From positions 1,419-39,555 of the forward strand of contig CAZVVX010000005.1 of NCBI GenBank assembly GCA_964631035.1: a stretch of DNA of 38,137 nucleotides, written 5' to 3'. A program made the position numbers and the translations under genes. Shown piece after piece: positions 10,146 through 19,608 of the stretch; the first letter of the stretch is position 1; every line of letters begins with the position of its first letter. The notes below the pieces were generated by a model. The model did no database searches, had not been told where the DNA came from, and saw only the letters and a list, made by a program, of their open reading frames with translations. The stretch comes from an uncultured Candidatus Saccharibacteria bacterium. Its GTDB lineage: Bacteria; Patescibacteriota; Minisyncoccia; Phycocordibacterales; PALSA-1337.

Positions 10146-12080
10146 TTATTCTAAATCAATACTCCTTATAAGAGGTTCTAGAACTTTAAACAGATCACAT
10201 GAAGCAATTCCAATTACTTTATCTGCCCCACCATAATATAGGTGTATTTTGTCATGAACTACTGACATTCCACATGGAAATACAACATTATTTACAACAC
10301 CATATTTCTCATAGTCCTCTGCTGGCTCAAATATGGGGTCAGTACTTCTTGCTAGAACAATTGTTGGATCATCTTTGTCTAAAAGTACAGCACCTATTCT
10401 ATAAGTATGATGTTGTTTTGAACTTGCATGATATAACAATAACCAGCCATACTTTGTCTTTACAGGTGGACCAGAAATACCAACCTTTCCAGAATCCCAT
10501 GTTCCATTCCTTGGTGACAAAACAGTAATGCAAGTATCTACTTTTTCTTTTTCAAAATTTAATGATTTAACATAATCAGCACAAATATCTGTACCAATTC
10601 TATGGAAAATTAGATATGAATCATTAATTCTCTCAGGGAAAATACATGCGTCCTTATCATCAACACCCTCAGGAGTAATTATTCTAGCTTTATCCCAAAC
10701 GAAATTTCTATTTATAAAATCATTAATATTTATTGAAGATATTGCAACTCTAGGAACATGGACGCTATCATATGCAGTATAGAGCATATAAACTCTATCC
10801 CCGATTAAAGTTACACGAGGATCTTCACAACCTGAATTTGCATTTTCAATCAATTTCATTTCAAATGGCTCTCTGGGAACATAAATCGGATAAGGTAATC
10901 GTTCATCAATTGTCTCATTATCAAGACTTATAGCCAGACCGATAGTTGAAGTATTATCCATAGACATAGCTCTATAGAAAATATATGTTTTATTCTTGTA
11001 TGTTAGAACACCAGGATTTAAAACAGCAAATGATTCCCAGCTATGACTAGGTATTGGTGTTAGTATTGGATTATAAGGTGCTCTTACAAATATTCCATTG
11101 CCAAATAATTTTGACTGCATCGTACTGACTAAATCACTTAAATAAACACTAGCCATACATATAACATTATCTGCTCCACCATAATAAACCCTTAGAATAT
11201 CATCTTCTAATAAGGCACCAGAAGGGAAAACAATCTCAGATACCATTCCCCTTCTTTCATATAATTCATCAGGCGACAAGAATGATCCTCTCGTTCTACA
11301 TTCAATATTATGAGGATTATTAATATTTAGAACTACTGCTTCAATTCCAAAAGTAGCTGGCAATCTTTCTGGATTCGGGAAATAATTTTGAATATGAGAA
11401 TATACCAATAACCATCCTTCTTTTATTTTGATTGGCTGAGCACCTATTTCTACATGGTCAAAATCACTTCTTCTAAATGTAATTTTGTGATTATCTATTT
11501 CAGAATACCATTTATCCCAGAACTTTTGATCCCACAGATCCTCTATTTCATCGACATAGCCAATAGCTATTTTTGAATTTGATGAATCCGGATCTACTGT
11601 TAAAATGAAAGCTATTTTACCCTTTATTCTTTCAGGGAAAATGATCATAGCTTTGGAATTAAATGGAGTAACAAGATGTTTTGATTTAATACTTTTTAAA
11701 TCCTTTGATATTGCTACTGCAGTCTTTATATTGCTTGGACCAAATGGATAACCACCAAGTGCGGTATAAAAAATATAGTACATTCCCTCAAAAAAAATAA
11801 CCCTAGGATCTTCACATCCATATTTGTCCCAATCTTCACTAGGTTCAATAAAAGGAATTCTATTTTCAAAATGTACACCATCATCGCTATCTGCCCTGCC
11901 AATCACAGAGATTTGATGTGGTTCTCTAATAGGATCATGATGTGAAATAGCTCTATATAAGCCAAAATACTTTTTACCTGATTTTACAACAGACATATTA
12001 AAAACTGCTGATGCTTCAAAATGATGGTCACGATAAGGAACCATTATTGGATTATGTATTGATCTCTTGACTACAAACAT
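10146..12080 (-). CDS. double-module GH130-family glycoside phosphorylase/hydrolase-like protein
   Basis: 644 aa. The GH130 hallmarks occur twice: NPI..P...E..AVFN, GCEDPRV, YYGGAD(N/K)V. Confidence 0.75.
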   Translation of the reverse strand: MFVVKRSIHNPIMVPYRDHHFEASAVFNMSVVKSGKKYFGLYRAISHHDPIREPHQISVIGRADSDDGVHFENRIPFIEPSEDWDKYGCEDPRVIFFEGMYYIFYTALGGYPFGPSNIKTAVAISKDLKSIKSKHLVTPFNSKAMIIFPERIKGKIAFILTVDPDSSNSKIAIGYVDEIEDLWDQKFWDKWYSEIDNHKITFRRSDFDHVEIGAQPIKIKEGWLLVYSHIQNYFPNPERLPATFGIEAVVLNINNPHNIECRTRGSFLSPDELYERRGMVSEIVFPSGALLEDDILRVYYGGADNVICMASVYLSDLVSTMQSKLFGNGIFVRAPYNPILTPIPSHSWESFAVLNPGVLTYKNKTYIFYRAMSMDNTSTIGLAISLDNETIDERLPYPIYVPREPFEMKLIENANSGCEDPRVTLIGDRVYMLYTAYDSVHVPRVAISSININDFINRNFVWDKARIITPEGVDDKDACIFPERINDSYLIFHRIGTDICADYVKSLNFEKEKVDTCITVLSPRNGTWDSGKVGISGPPVKTKYGWLLLYHASSKQHHTYRIGAVLLDKDDPTIVLARSTDPIFEPAEDYEKYGVVNNVVFPCGMSVVHDKIHLYYGGADKVIGIASCDLFKVLEPLIRSIDLE

Positions 12081-14000
12081 TTAGTTTTTATTTAATTTTG
12101 TAATTTTTAAATGTGGCTGAATGTCTTTTTTGAGACTATCTATAAGTTCATCAGTATGAATTTGTGCAACCGCTGAGACCTTATCTCCACCACCATAATA
12201 CACATGTAGTGTATCATTTAGATTAACCACACCACCAGGGTAAGCAACCCCTGGCTTACCATCATTCTCATAGAATTCTTCTGGTGATAATATAGGCTTC
12301 CTTGACCTAGCCAAAACTTTAACAGGATCATTTAAATCTAGTAACATCGCTCCTATCTTATACTTACTACTATCTAGTCTATCAACTGCATTATATATTG
12401 TAAGCCAGCCATCTTTTGTCTTTAATGGAGAAGCTCCCACTGACAATTTCCTACTATCCCAAAACGACTTTCTTGGTCTAATCATATGATGACCCTCCAA
12501 ATATTTCTTATTCTCACCAAATTCAAGATCATCGACTAGATCAACCATTATATTGGGCCACACTCTATGAAATATATAATTTTTATTGTTTATTTTCTCA
12601 GGAAGCAGTACGACACTTTTACTACCAACTCCGGGTGGTGACATTAGCATTGGCTTACTCCATCTCCATCTCTTTTTCAAAAAATCATCAACGGATATTG
12701 ATGTCAGAACTGTTCTTGTCGGCCAACTACCTGTAAATGCAACATATGTTAAATATATCCTATTCCCTATCTGTGTTATCTTGGGATCTTCGCAACCTCC
12801 CCATCCACCACCAGACGAGAATAAATGCTGAGATCTAAAATCAATATTTGTTGAGTCTCCCTTTTCAAACCATGCTTGAGGGGTATATATAGGATAATCC
12901 AATCTCTCATCTATATTTACACCATCCTTACTTGATGCATAACCTATTCTAGACATACCATCTGGACCTATAGCTCTATATAACAAATGAACCTTTCCAT
13001 CTAAATGCAGTGCTGTAGGATTAAACGCACCATCTCTCTCCCAATCCAAATGACTTGGTTTTAGTATTGGATTACCACTCCATTTCTTCAATAAAGTCTG
13101 CCTTCTATTTTTATTATCTAATATATAAGATTTAGTTATATCAAGATAACCCATATCCCCATTATCAGATGAGGTATAAATCCTGTAAGAATCCTCTACA
13201 GGCACAACACCAAGAACCCTTACATCGCCATGAGTTTCAATCGGCACTTCAATAACTGGTAATTCACTCTGCCAAAGTAATCTTGTTGGCTCCTTTTTTG
13301 AAAAAAGGGCAAAACCTATTTTTAATAATTTCTCTTCACCAATCTTTTGATCACTTAGATTGATATCTTTCATAATATCTACTTTGTGATTTGCAGAATA
13401 AAACACAATGAAATATTCATCCAATTCTAATCCTCCAAATACTGAAAATGGTACACCTTCAAAGAAATGCCAGTGAGGCACTCTGGGCGGTGTAATTATT
13501 TCAAATGAGACCTTGGCAACTTTAGTTGAAGATTTTGTAATACTTTCCTTGGCAATCTTTAATATTTGATTGCCGAAATATATATGTGTATTTATCTTTT
13601 TGCCACAAATAAGGACACCTGGAGTATGGATTTTTGAAAGTACATGCTGAATGGTCCATGTTTTAAGATTTTTTGACTGTGCATATATAAGTACCGAACC
13701 CTTCTCTGACAATCTCATATAAGTCATTATGACTTTACCATTTGATTCAGAGAATTTGAAATCTGAGCACATTGATATATTCTCTGACTTTCTCTTGGAA
13801 TCAACGATTTTTATCTTAAATGATTCAGTATCAAATTTTGAATCCTTTTTTGCATATGAAATATTCAATGATTCTGTATTTTTACTAGAAAATGTTATTT
13901 CTCTAAATAAAAGAAAAGTTTTATTTCCAATAAATCCCACAGCAAGAGGCATTGTCTCAATCCTCTTTTTCTGTATAATTCTTTTTTTGGAAGTTCTCAT
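12081..14000 (-). CDS. GH130-family protein (C-terminal GH130 module, divergent N-terminal half)
   Basis: The C-terminal half has GNPILKP...GAFNPT, GGCEDPKI and YYGGGDKV. The stop directly abuts the downstream GH130 start. I moved the start to ATG 14000 (MRTSKK...), which removes the 26-nt overlap with the cupin gene. Confidence 0.7.
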   Translation of the reverse strand: MRTSKKRIIQKKRIETMPLAVGFIGNKTFLLFREITFSSKNTESLNISYAKKDSKFDTESFKIKIVDSKRKSENISMCSDFKFSESNGKVIMTYMRLSEKGSVLIYAQSKNLKTWTIQHVLSKIHTPGVLICGKKINTHIYFGNQILKIAKESITKSSTKVAKVSFEIITPPRVPHWHFFEGVPFSVFGGLELDEYFIVFYSANHKVDIMKDINLSDQKIGEEKLLKIGFALFSKKEPTRLLWQSELPVIEVPIETHGDVRVLGVVPVEDSYRIYTSSDNGDMGYLDITKSYILDNKNRRQTLLKKWSGNPILKPSHLDWERDGAFNPTALHLDGKVHLLYRAIGPDGMSRIGYASSKDGVNIDERLDYPIYTPQAWFEKGDSTNIDFRSQHLFSSGGGWGGCEDPKITQIGNRIYLTYVAFTGSWPTRTVLTSISVDDFLKKRWRWSKPMLMSPPGVGSKSVVLLPEKINNKNYIFHRVWPNIMVDLVDDLEFGENKKYLEGHHMIRPRKSFWDSRKLSVGASPLKTKDGWLTIYNAVDRLDSSKYKIGAMLLDLNDPVKVLARSRKPILSPEEFYENDGKPGVAYPGGVVNLNDTLHVYYGGGDKVSAVAQIHTDELIDSLKKDIQPHLKITKLNKN

Positions 14001-14004
14001 ATTT

Positions 14005-14346
14005 TTAAACTCTATTATATTTATCTTCAACCCTGACTATATCCTCTTCATCAAAGTTGCCGAGTGATATTTCAAGGATAATAACATTATTCTCTGGCGC
14101 AGATATTCTATGTCTTGACTCTTTCTTTATTTCAAACATATCACCGACATTTGCTTGCTCTCTAAGCTCTCCAATCTCAATAAGAGGGTTACCCTCTATT
14201 ATTTTCCAATATTCATCTCTATTATTATGATATTGCAAACTAAGTGACTCACCTTTTTTGATATATAAAAGTTTTACTGTTGAATTTTTATTATGGGTAA
14301 GACGTTCAAACCGTCCCCAAGGCCTTTCAACCATAAGATAGTCCAT
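14005..14346 (-). CDS. cupin-fold protein resembling the C-terminal domain of type II mannose-6-phosphate isomerase
   Basis: 113 aa. ERPWG.FE...SLQYHNNRDEYW....G...HRI pattern. Confidence 0.7.
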   Translation of the reverse strand: MDYLMVERPWGRFERLTHNKNSTVKLLYIKKGESLSLQYHNNRDEYWKIIEGNPLIEIGELREQANVGDMFEIKKESRHRISAPENNVIILEISLGNFDEEDIVRVEDKYNRV

Positions 14347-14398
14347 TTGGGAATTATATCATGCACAATATTTTCAATACAATATAAATGTGCACAAC

Positions 14399-15139
14399 TT
14401 ATAAGAAAGCAGAAAGTATATCCTTAGTCTCATCTGGACCACTTACTGATCTACACTGAATACCGGTCTGTATAACAGTATAATCATTACCCCCCTCATA
14501 CAATGCATCACCAATAAATAACAATTCTTCCTTATTTAGTTTCATTAATTCTAATATTTTACCAATAGCATAGGCCTTATTTATCCCCATACGAGTAATA
14601 TCTATAGTTGTAGTTCCACCAATTCTAATTTCAAAATTAGATATATATTTTTTTAAAATACTTATCAAATATTTCCTTTTAACTTGATCTGGATCCCATT
14701 TCTCCTTTATTTCAAGTGGAGCCAATTGTCCTCTTCCAGAGAAACTTATTTGAGAACCTCTATCTTCAATTATCTCACCGTAAGGGTTAGAAAAATCAAA
14801 ATTTGATTCTTGAATTGTTATATTAAGCGCATCAAATATTTGTTTTTTCTCATCATCAGACAATTCTTCACTATATAATTTAGTAAAACCAGAATTTGTA
14901 TTGTATATATAACAAGCACTACCATTTGTAGGAAACAGAAATAGATTTGTTAAATAATCAGAATTAGGTAGATTTGAAATAAACTGCTTTTTAAATTGTT
15001 CATAAGAACCACCTGTTACAACAGCCATTTTATATTTCTCAAGAATCTTAATAATAACTTTAGCCATATCTGGCTGTAATGAGGACTTACTAGGCGCAAG
15101 CGTTCCATCCAAATCACATACTATTGCTTTAATTTGCAT
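14399..15139 (-). CDS. HAD-superfamily hydrolase, IIB/phosphomannomutase-like
   Basis: 246 aa. Motif I CDLDGTL at the N-terminus and GDALYEGGNDY at the C-terminus. Confidence 0.75.
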   Translation of the reverse strand: MQIKAIVCDLDGTLAPSKSSLQPDMAKVIIKILEKYKMAVVTGGSYEQFKKQFISNLPNSDYLTNLFLFPTNGSACYIYNTNSGFTKLYSEELSDDEKKQIFDALNITIQESNFDFSNPYGEIIEDRGSQISFSGRGQLAPLEIKEKWDPDQVKRKYLISILKKYISNFEIRIGGTTTIDITRMGINKAYAIGKILELMKLNKEELLFIGDALYEGGNDYTVIQTGIQCRSVSGPDETKDILSAFL

Positions 15140-15161
15140 TAATCAATTATATCAAATTCAA

Positions 15162-16139
15162 TCAGATAGTCATTATCTTGTTATCAAATTTTTCTAGGAT
15201 CCTCTCTGTATCTATTTCCCTTTCACCAAATTCTGATCTTAGAATTATTACTGCAATCGGTATTGTTGTAGTTGAATTTTTGGTCTGATAATTAAATAAA
15301 GATACCATACTTTCTTTTGCCTCACTTGTCCTACCAGTCTTACCACCGATAAATGGCTCATATGGAGTAAATGGATTTATTGATATAAAATGATGGTAAC
15401 CATGATCAGAAGATGTTGCAAGAGTCATTTCTGGTAATCTTGTCTTTGCTAACAAATCAGATTCATTCTGATAAATATATCTAGCCAATAGGAATAAATC
15501 ATTTGCAGTTGATGTATTTGATGAACTAAGTCCAGAAGCATCTCTAAAATTAGTATTATTTAATCCATTCTCCTTTGCAAAACCATTCATTAGAGAGACA
15601 AATTCTTCATAACCGAATGATTCTGCAAGTGCATCAGCTGCATCATTACTGGATTCAAGTAATAAGGGATACAATAATTCATCTACAGTGAATTTCTCGT
15701 CCTTAACTAGATGACCAGCATCACCATATGAATCAAGCATAGATTCGGTAATTGTAATCTTATTTTCCTTGTTTAAATGATGTATTGAGATAATCGCAGT
15801 AAACAATTTGCTCAATGATGCAATCGGGAAAATTTTGTTTGAATTATTTCCTAGATAGACTTCACCATTTTCTAAATTACCAACCAAATATGCTTCTGAT
15901 GTAATCTTATTGAGATCTCTTTTGACCTTAACTGGTGCTGGTCTATTCTCTATTGTCTTATCAATTGGTACATCCTCCTCTTTTAATAATGGCGGTTCAA
16001 ATGTCTGCTCAATCTGACCACGCAAAAGAGGCTCAATCACTTGAGACCTCTTCATTCTCTGTTCTTCAGATATTTGAAATACAAGAGCTGAGAAAACAAT
16101 TACTATACAGATGATTAGAAGAAATCTTCTATTTGTCAT
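15162..16139 (-). CDS. D-alanyl-D-alanine carboxypeptidase (peptidase S11, PBP5-like)
   Basis: 325 aa. N-terminal TM, SxxK (SLSK), SxN (SSND) and KTG (GGKTGRT). Confidence 0.8.
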   Translation of the reverse strand: MTNRRFLLIICIVIVFSALVFQISEEQRMKRSQVIEPLLRGQIEQTFEPPLLKEEDVPIDKTIENRPAPVKVKRDLNKITSEAYLVGNLENGEVYLGNNSNKIFPIASLSKLFTAIISIHHLNKENKITITESMLDSYGDAGHLVKDEKFTVDELLYPLLLESSNDAADALAESFGYEEFVSLMNGFAKENGLNNTNFRDASGLSSSNTSTANDLFLLARYIYQNESDLLAKTRLPEMTLATSSDHGYHHFISINPFTPYEPFIGGKTGRTSEAKESMVSLFNYQTKNSTTTIPIAVIILRSEFGEREIDTERILEKFDNKIMTI

Positions 16140-16170
16140 CTGTATATTTTAGCACAAATATATACAAGAC

Positions 16171-16635
16171 TTATCTTGTAACTGTTATTGGATTTGTAAT
16201 CTCACCATCAGCTGTTACAGTTACTCGTCCATCAGAGTCTTGATAAATATAATATCCAGTATTATAACTATTAACATTAATGAAGTTTGCAGTCTGTTTT
16301 GACGGATCAAATGGCAAATTAGAAATATAATTTGGTATTAGACAACTTGCTATGTTTAGATTAGTACTTTCTATAATAGTAGATGTTGCCGGCAAACTTA
16401 TACCTGTACAATTAAATATTCCTTTGTTCTCTGCAATATTTTGTCCAACCGCATTTAATATTGCAGTAATATTACTTACCCTTTGTGAATCTCTAGCCAG
16501 TTTAAATTGTCTTGAAGGGTTAATAGCAACCAAAACTACAGCAGCTAGAACAGCTATAATTCCAATCACTACCAAAATCTCAATCAAAGTAAATCCATTT
16601 TTATTATTTTCTATTTTTCTTATTTTTTTATACAT
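16171..16635 (-). CDS. type IV pilin / pseudopilin, probably the major subunit
   Basis: 154 aa. Canonical prepilin site KNG|FTLIEILVVIGIIAVLAAVVL with Glu+5. Two Cys in the globular part. Confidence 0.85.
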   Translation of the reverse strand: MYKKIRKIENNKNGFTLIEILVVIGIIAVLAAVVLVAINPSRQFKLARDSQRVSNITAILNAVGQNIAENKGIFNCTGISLPATSTIIESTNLNIASCLIPNYISNLPFDPSKQTANFINVNSYNTGYYIYQDSDGRVTVTADGEITNPITVTR

Positions 16636-16678
16636 AAATTATTTTATTAATTAATAATATTTCTATATTACAAAATCA

Positions 16679-16700
16679 GGTATTAAGAAAAGCTTAAGAA
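16679..16700 (-). promoter_or_regulatory. 22-nt conserved element, copy 1 (43 nt upstream of the major pilin ATG)
   Basis: GGTATTAAGAAAAGCTTAAGAA is identical to 20760-20781. On the minus strand it reads as the heptamer TTCTTAA twice with 11-nt spacing. Confidence 0.5.
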
Positions 16701-16723
16701 AAGTGCCAAAATTCGTAGTTACA

Positions 16724-17107
16724 TCACTTAATTGAGATTATTTCAAGATGATCGTCATAAAGCTTAACAATAGCAACGCGCTTTATGATAATATTTTTAG
16801 AATTTCCTTTAACCTCAATTATTCTAATATTTTGTGAGCTAATATCTTTAGTTACAGACAAAATAGAACAATTTAATTCATCGAATCTCATTTCCGAATT
16901 TAAAATAAAGAAATAATCACTATTAATAGATAGCATTGCCTGATCAATACAAGAATATGCATTATAGAATGCTATTTCTCTATATTCTTTTCTCTGCACT
17001 TGATCAAAGAAACTTATAATTTCAATTGAATTTATATATTGAAGAATTATAATAAAAGACGAAATTGTAATTAGCATTGTAAATGCAACAAAGCCTCTAT
17101 TTAACAT
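16724..17107 (-). CDS. minor pseudopilin-like protein lacking Glu+5
   Basis: 127 aa. N-terminus MLNRG|FVAFTMLITISSFIIIL is prepilin-like with Thr at +5. The start overlaps the preceding mini-pilin ORF by 11 nt. Confidence 0.5.
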   Translation of the reverse strand: MLNRGFVAFTMLITISSFIIILQYINSIEIISFFDQVQRKEYREIAFYNAYSCIDQAMLSINSDYFFILNSEMRFDELNCSILSVTKDISSQNIRIIEVKGNSKNIIIKRVAIVKLYDDHLEIISIK

Positions 17108-17270
17108 GAAAATTTTTAATTAAATTTTTATAATGAGTAATATTAATTGAGCTATTAATAGAATATTGGTTCAAATTAAGTATTTCAATATAAATGCCAG
17201 AAATAACTACTGATAAAATACCAATGTATATAATAGTCTCAATCAAAGTAAATCCTTTTATATTTCTCAT
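17097..17270 (-). CDS. 57-aa mini-pilin with a prepilin-type N-terminal cleavage/methylation motif
   Basis: Not in the supplied ORF track. My translation is MRNIKG|FTLIETIIYIGILSVVISGIYIEILNLNQYSINSSINITHYKNLIKNFHVK. Its ATG overlaps the TGA of the upstream gene (ATGA). Confidence 0.6.
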   Translation of the reverse strand: MRNIKGFTLIETIIYIGILSVVISGIYIEILNLNQYSINSSINITHYKNLIKNFHVK

Positions 17271-18574
17271 AATTTAATTGATATAAATCCACGACTATCT
17301 CCTGTAGCAAAATATATTTTAGACCTGTCACATTTCATTGATATAGGACTAGAATTTAAACCTATTTCATATTTTTTATTTAATAGATCAGAACTCCATA
17401 TTTGAAATTCTCTATTAATATCATGTGTTAAAACAAAGATATCTGAGCTACCAACAATCAAACCATATACACCTGATGGAATATCACGAGATATTGTCAT
17501 ATTTAAACTTGTACTAGTTGAAAACAGAAATAATTCATGATTATTAGTTCTATTTATACCACCTACAGTTCTACCTAATATTATTAAGTTCTCAAAAAGT
17601 GAAATAACTTTACCTTGTTGAACTTGCCAACCAGAAGATGTGAAAATTGAATGTAGTTTTGGTGCACTCTTATCAGTAATATCCAATACTCTCATCTGAT
17701 ATATATCCGAAGTCGCTAAATATGCTTTATCATCATAGACAAAAATATCATTTATCAAAGTATCAGTATCAAATGTACCCACAATAATAGGATTGCTCGG
17801 ATCTTTGACATCTATTATGGACAATTCTGGACCATCCCATTTATTTGTACCCAGAAATACATAACCATTATTATAAGAAATGCTTGCTGATCTGGTGGGG
17901 GTTGTTGAAGCATTTGGTAATGGTAATTTCAATTGAGAAATAATGTGAGGTGAATTACGATCATGAATATCTAATATTTGTAAATGTGAATTTATACTAG
18001 TATTAGCTAAATACAAATATGGACCAGCGACTGTAAGTGAAGCAATCCCAGGACCTGTATTCATACTAGACACAATGTATGGTTTGCTATCATCTGTATT
18101 ATCAATAATATATAAATCTGGTAATGATGTTATAGATGAATCAGCTGATAAATATACATAAGAATTCCTAATTTCAATATTTGTACTTTTATTACCTAGA
18201 CCAATATCTATTCCTATATTATTGATGCTCAAATTTGAATTATCATATTTAATTCTTGGATAACAACTAGAACTTCCCCATGAATTTAATAGATCAGACT
18301 TTGTAAATTCAAAAGGAAATAACTTTACTAATTTAGTATAATTTCCAAAATATTCACCCTTATAATTGTCATTTTTAATAAATTGATCCAAAATTTTTAT
18401 CTTGTCTTCAATATCAGGCAATTCATTTATTGACCAAAATTTTATTTTATCTATTGAGATTTTAAAATACAATGCAGAAATAATAAAAATCGAAAATAAA
18501 GAAATAACCATGATTGATTCAACAATCAAAAAACCACCTATAGAATTATTTATTGAGATGATTTGTAATCTCAT
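17267..18574 (-). CDS. pseudopilin-anchored LVIVD-repeat beta-propeller protein
   Basis: 435 aa. N-terminus SIGG|FLIVESIMVISLF is a prepilin motif with Glu+5. At least four LVIVD-type blades follow: LYIIDNTDDSKPYIV, LQILDIHDRNSPHII, LSIIDVKDPSNPIIV, MRVLDITDKSAPKL. Confidence 0.7.
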   Translation of the reverse strand: MRLQIISINNSIGGFLIVESIMVISLFSIFIISALYFKISIDKIKFWSINELPDIEDKIKILDQFIKNDNYKGEYFGNYTKLVKLFPFEFTKSDLLNSWGSSSCYPRIKYDNSNLSINNIGIDIGLGNKSTNIEIRNSYVYLSADSSITSLPDLYIIDNTDDSKPYIVSSMNTGPGIASLTVAGPYLYLANTSINSHLQILDIHDRNSPHIISQLKLPLPNASTTPTRSASISYNNGYVFLGTNKWDGPELSIIDVKDPSNPIIVGTFDTDTLINDIFVYDDKAYLATSDIYQMRVLDITDKSAPKLHSIFTSSGWQVQQGKVISLFENLIILGRTVGGINRTNNHELFLFSTSTSLNMTISRDIPSGVYGLIVGSSDIFVLTHDINREFQIWSSDLLNKKYEIGLNSSPISMKCDRSKIYFATGDSRGFISIKL

Positions 18575-19607
18575 ATATTGGTAAAATTATTGATAATGCA
18601 ATAGAACCAACTATTAATCCCATAAATATCATTAGCATTGGTTCAATAAGTGATGAGAATCTTTTTAAGATGAGATCTATATCTTGTTCAAATATCCTAC
18701 TGCAATGCCCCATCATTTCTGAAAGATTTCCGGATCTTTCACCTATATCGCACATATTAATCATTGTTCTATTGAAAAATTTAGGGAATCTTGAAAGTGA
18801 CTGTGTAAATGAAATTCCTACTATTGAGTCTGTATATACCAAGTCAAAAATATTTTTGTATATTAAATTATTAATAGTATCTCTATTAAAAATATGCAGA
18901 TCAGATAGTGAACGATTAGAACTTAATAATATTTCACCAATACTGCATATTGATGAATTTATATTTAAAATTATGTAATTTGATAAAAGTGGAATTGTTA
19001 AAATAAATTGATGGAATTTTAACCTTAAATAAGAATATTTTTTATACAAAAGTTTTGTAATTATTAAAACAACAATTATAGAAATAATTATATATAATCC
19101 ATAACTAGTGCCGGACTCAAACAAAAATTTTATAAATCTAGTCAGAAATGGTAATTCTATATTTAAGCTATTCAATAATGGTAATATCTTTGGAAAAATA
19201 TACATAACAAGGAAAATCGCCATAAATATAGTCGCTACAAAAATAAAAATTGGGTAAATCAGGGTGCTAATTAATCTTTTTTTTAATTCATTCTTCTTTT
19301 CAAGATTCTTAGAGATCTGCGATAATGCTAAAATCAACGAGCCAGTCTGCTCACCATTTTTTATTAGAGTTATCATGAAATAGTCTAGTTTTATATTGAG
19401 ATTCAATAGACTTTTGGAAAGTGAAATGCCTTTTTGACAATCACTAATCAGTGATTCATATATTTTAATTTTGTACTTATTAATTTCCATTGATTTAATT
19501 ATTTTTAAAGAATCTAATACTGATAAATTAGAATTCAACAAAATTGATAATCTATGAGTAAAGAATATTTGATCAGAAATATTAAATTTATTAAAAATGT
19601 TTCTCAT
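18546..19607 (-). CDS. type II secretion/type IV pilus platform protein (GspF/PilC/ComGB-like)
   Basis: 353 aa with the duplicated T2SSF architecture and three TM segments. Starts 1 nt after the ATPase gene. Confidence 0.85.
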   Translation of the reverse strand: MRNIFNKFNISDQIFFTHRLSILLNSNLSVLDSLKIIKSMEINKYKIKIYESLISDCQKGISLSKSLLNLNIKLDYFMITLIKNGEQTGSLILALSQISKNLEKKNELKKRLISTLIYPIFIFVATIFMAIFLVMYIFPKILPLLNSLNIELPFLTRFIKFLFESGTSYGLYIIISIIVVLIITKLLYKKYSYLRLKFHQFILTIPLLSNYIILNINSSICSIGEILLSSNRSLSDLHIFNRDTINNLIYKNIFDLVYTDSIVGISFTQSLSRFPKFFNRTMINMCDIGERSGNLSEMMGHCSRIFEQDIDLILKRFSSLIEPMLMIFMGLIVGSIALSIILPIYEITNHLNK

Positions 19608-19608
19608 A

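Noticed and set aside
16703-16708. TGGCAC (minus strand) immediately upstream of the 22-nt element, resembling a sigma54 -24 box
   Set aside because: The expected -12 GC element 5 nt downstream is absent (TTAAG instead of TTGCW). The second copy of the 22-nt element at gspE has no TGGCAC.
7679-19000. Antisense ORFs 7679..8032, 9103..9375, 10199..10528, 12586..12831, 13729..14067, 16352..16654, 18402..18584 and 18670..18978
   Set aside because: Each is nested opposite a longer ORF with clear domain signatures (kinase, GH130, pilin, GspF). No independent start context or motif supports them.
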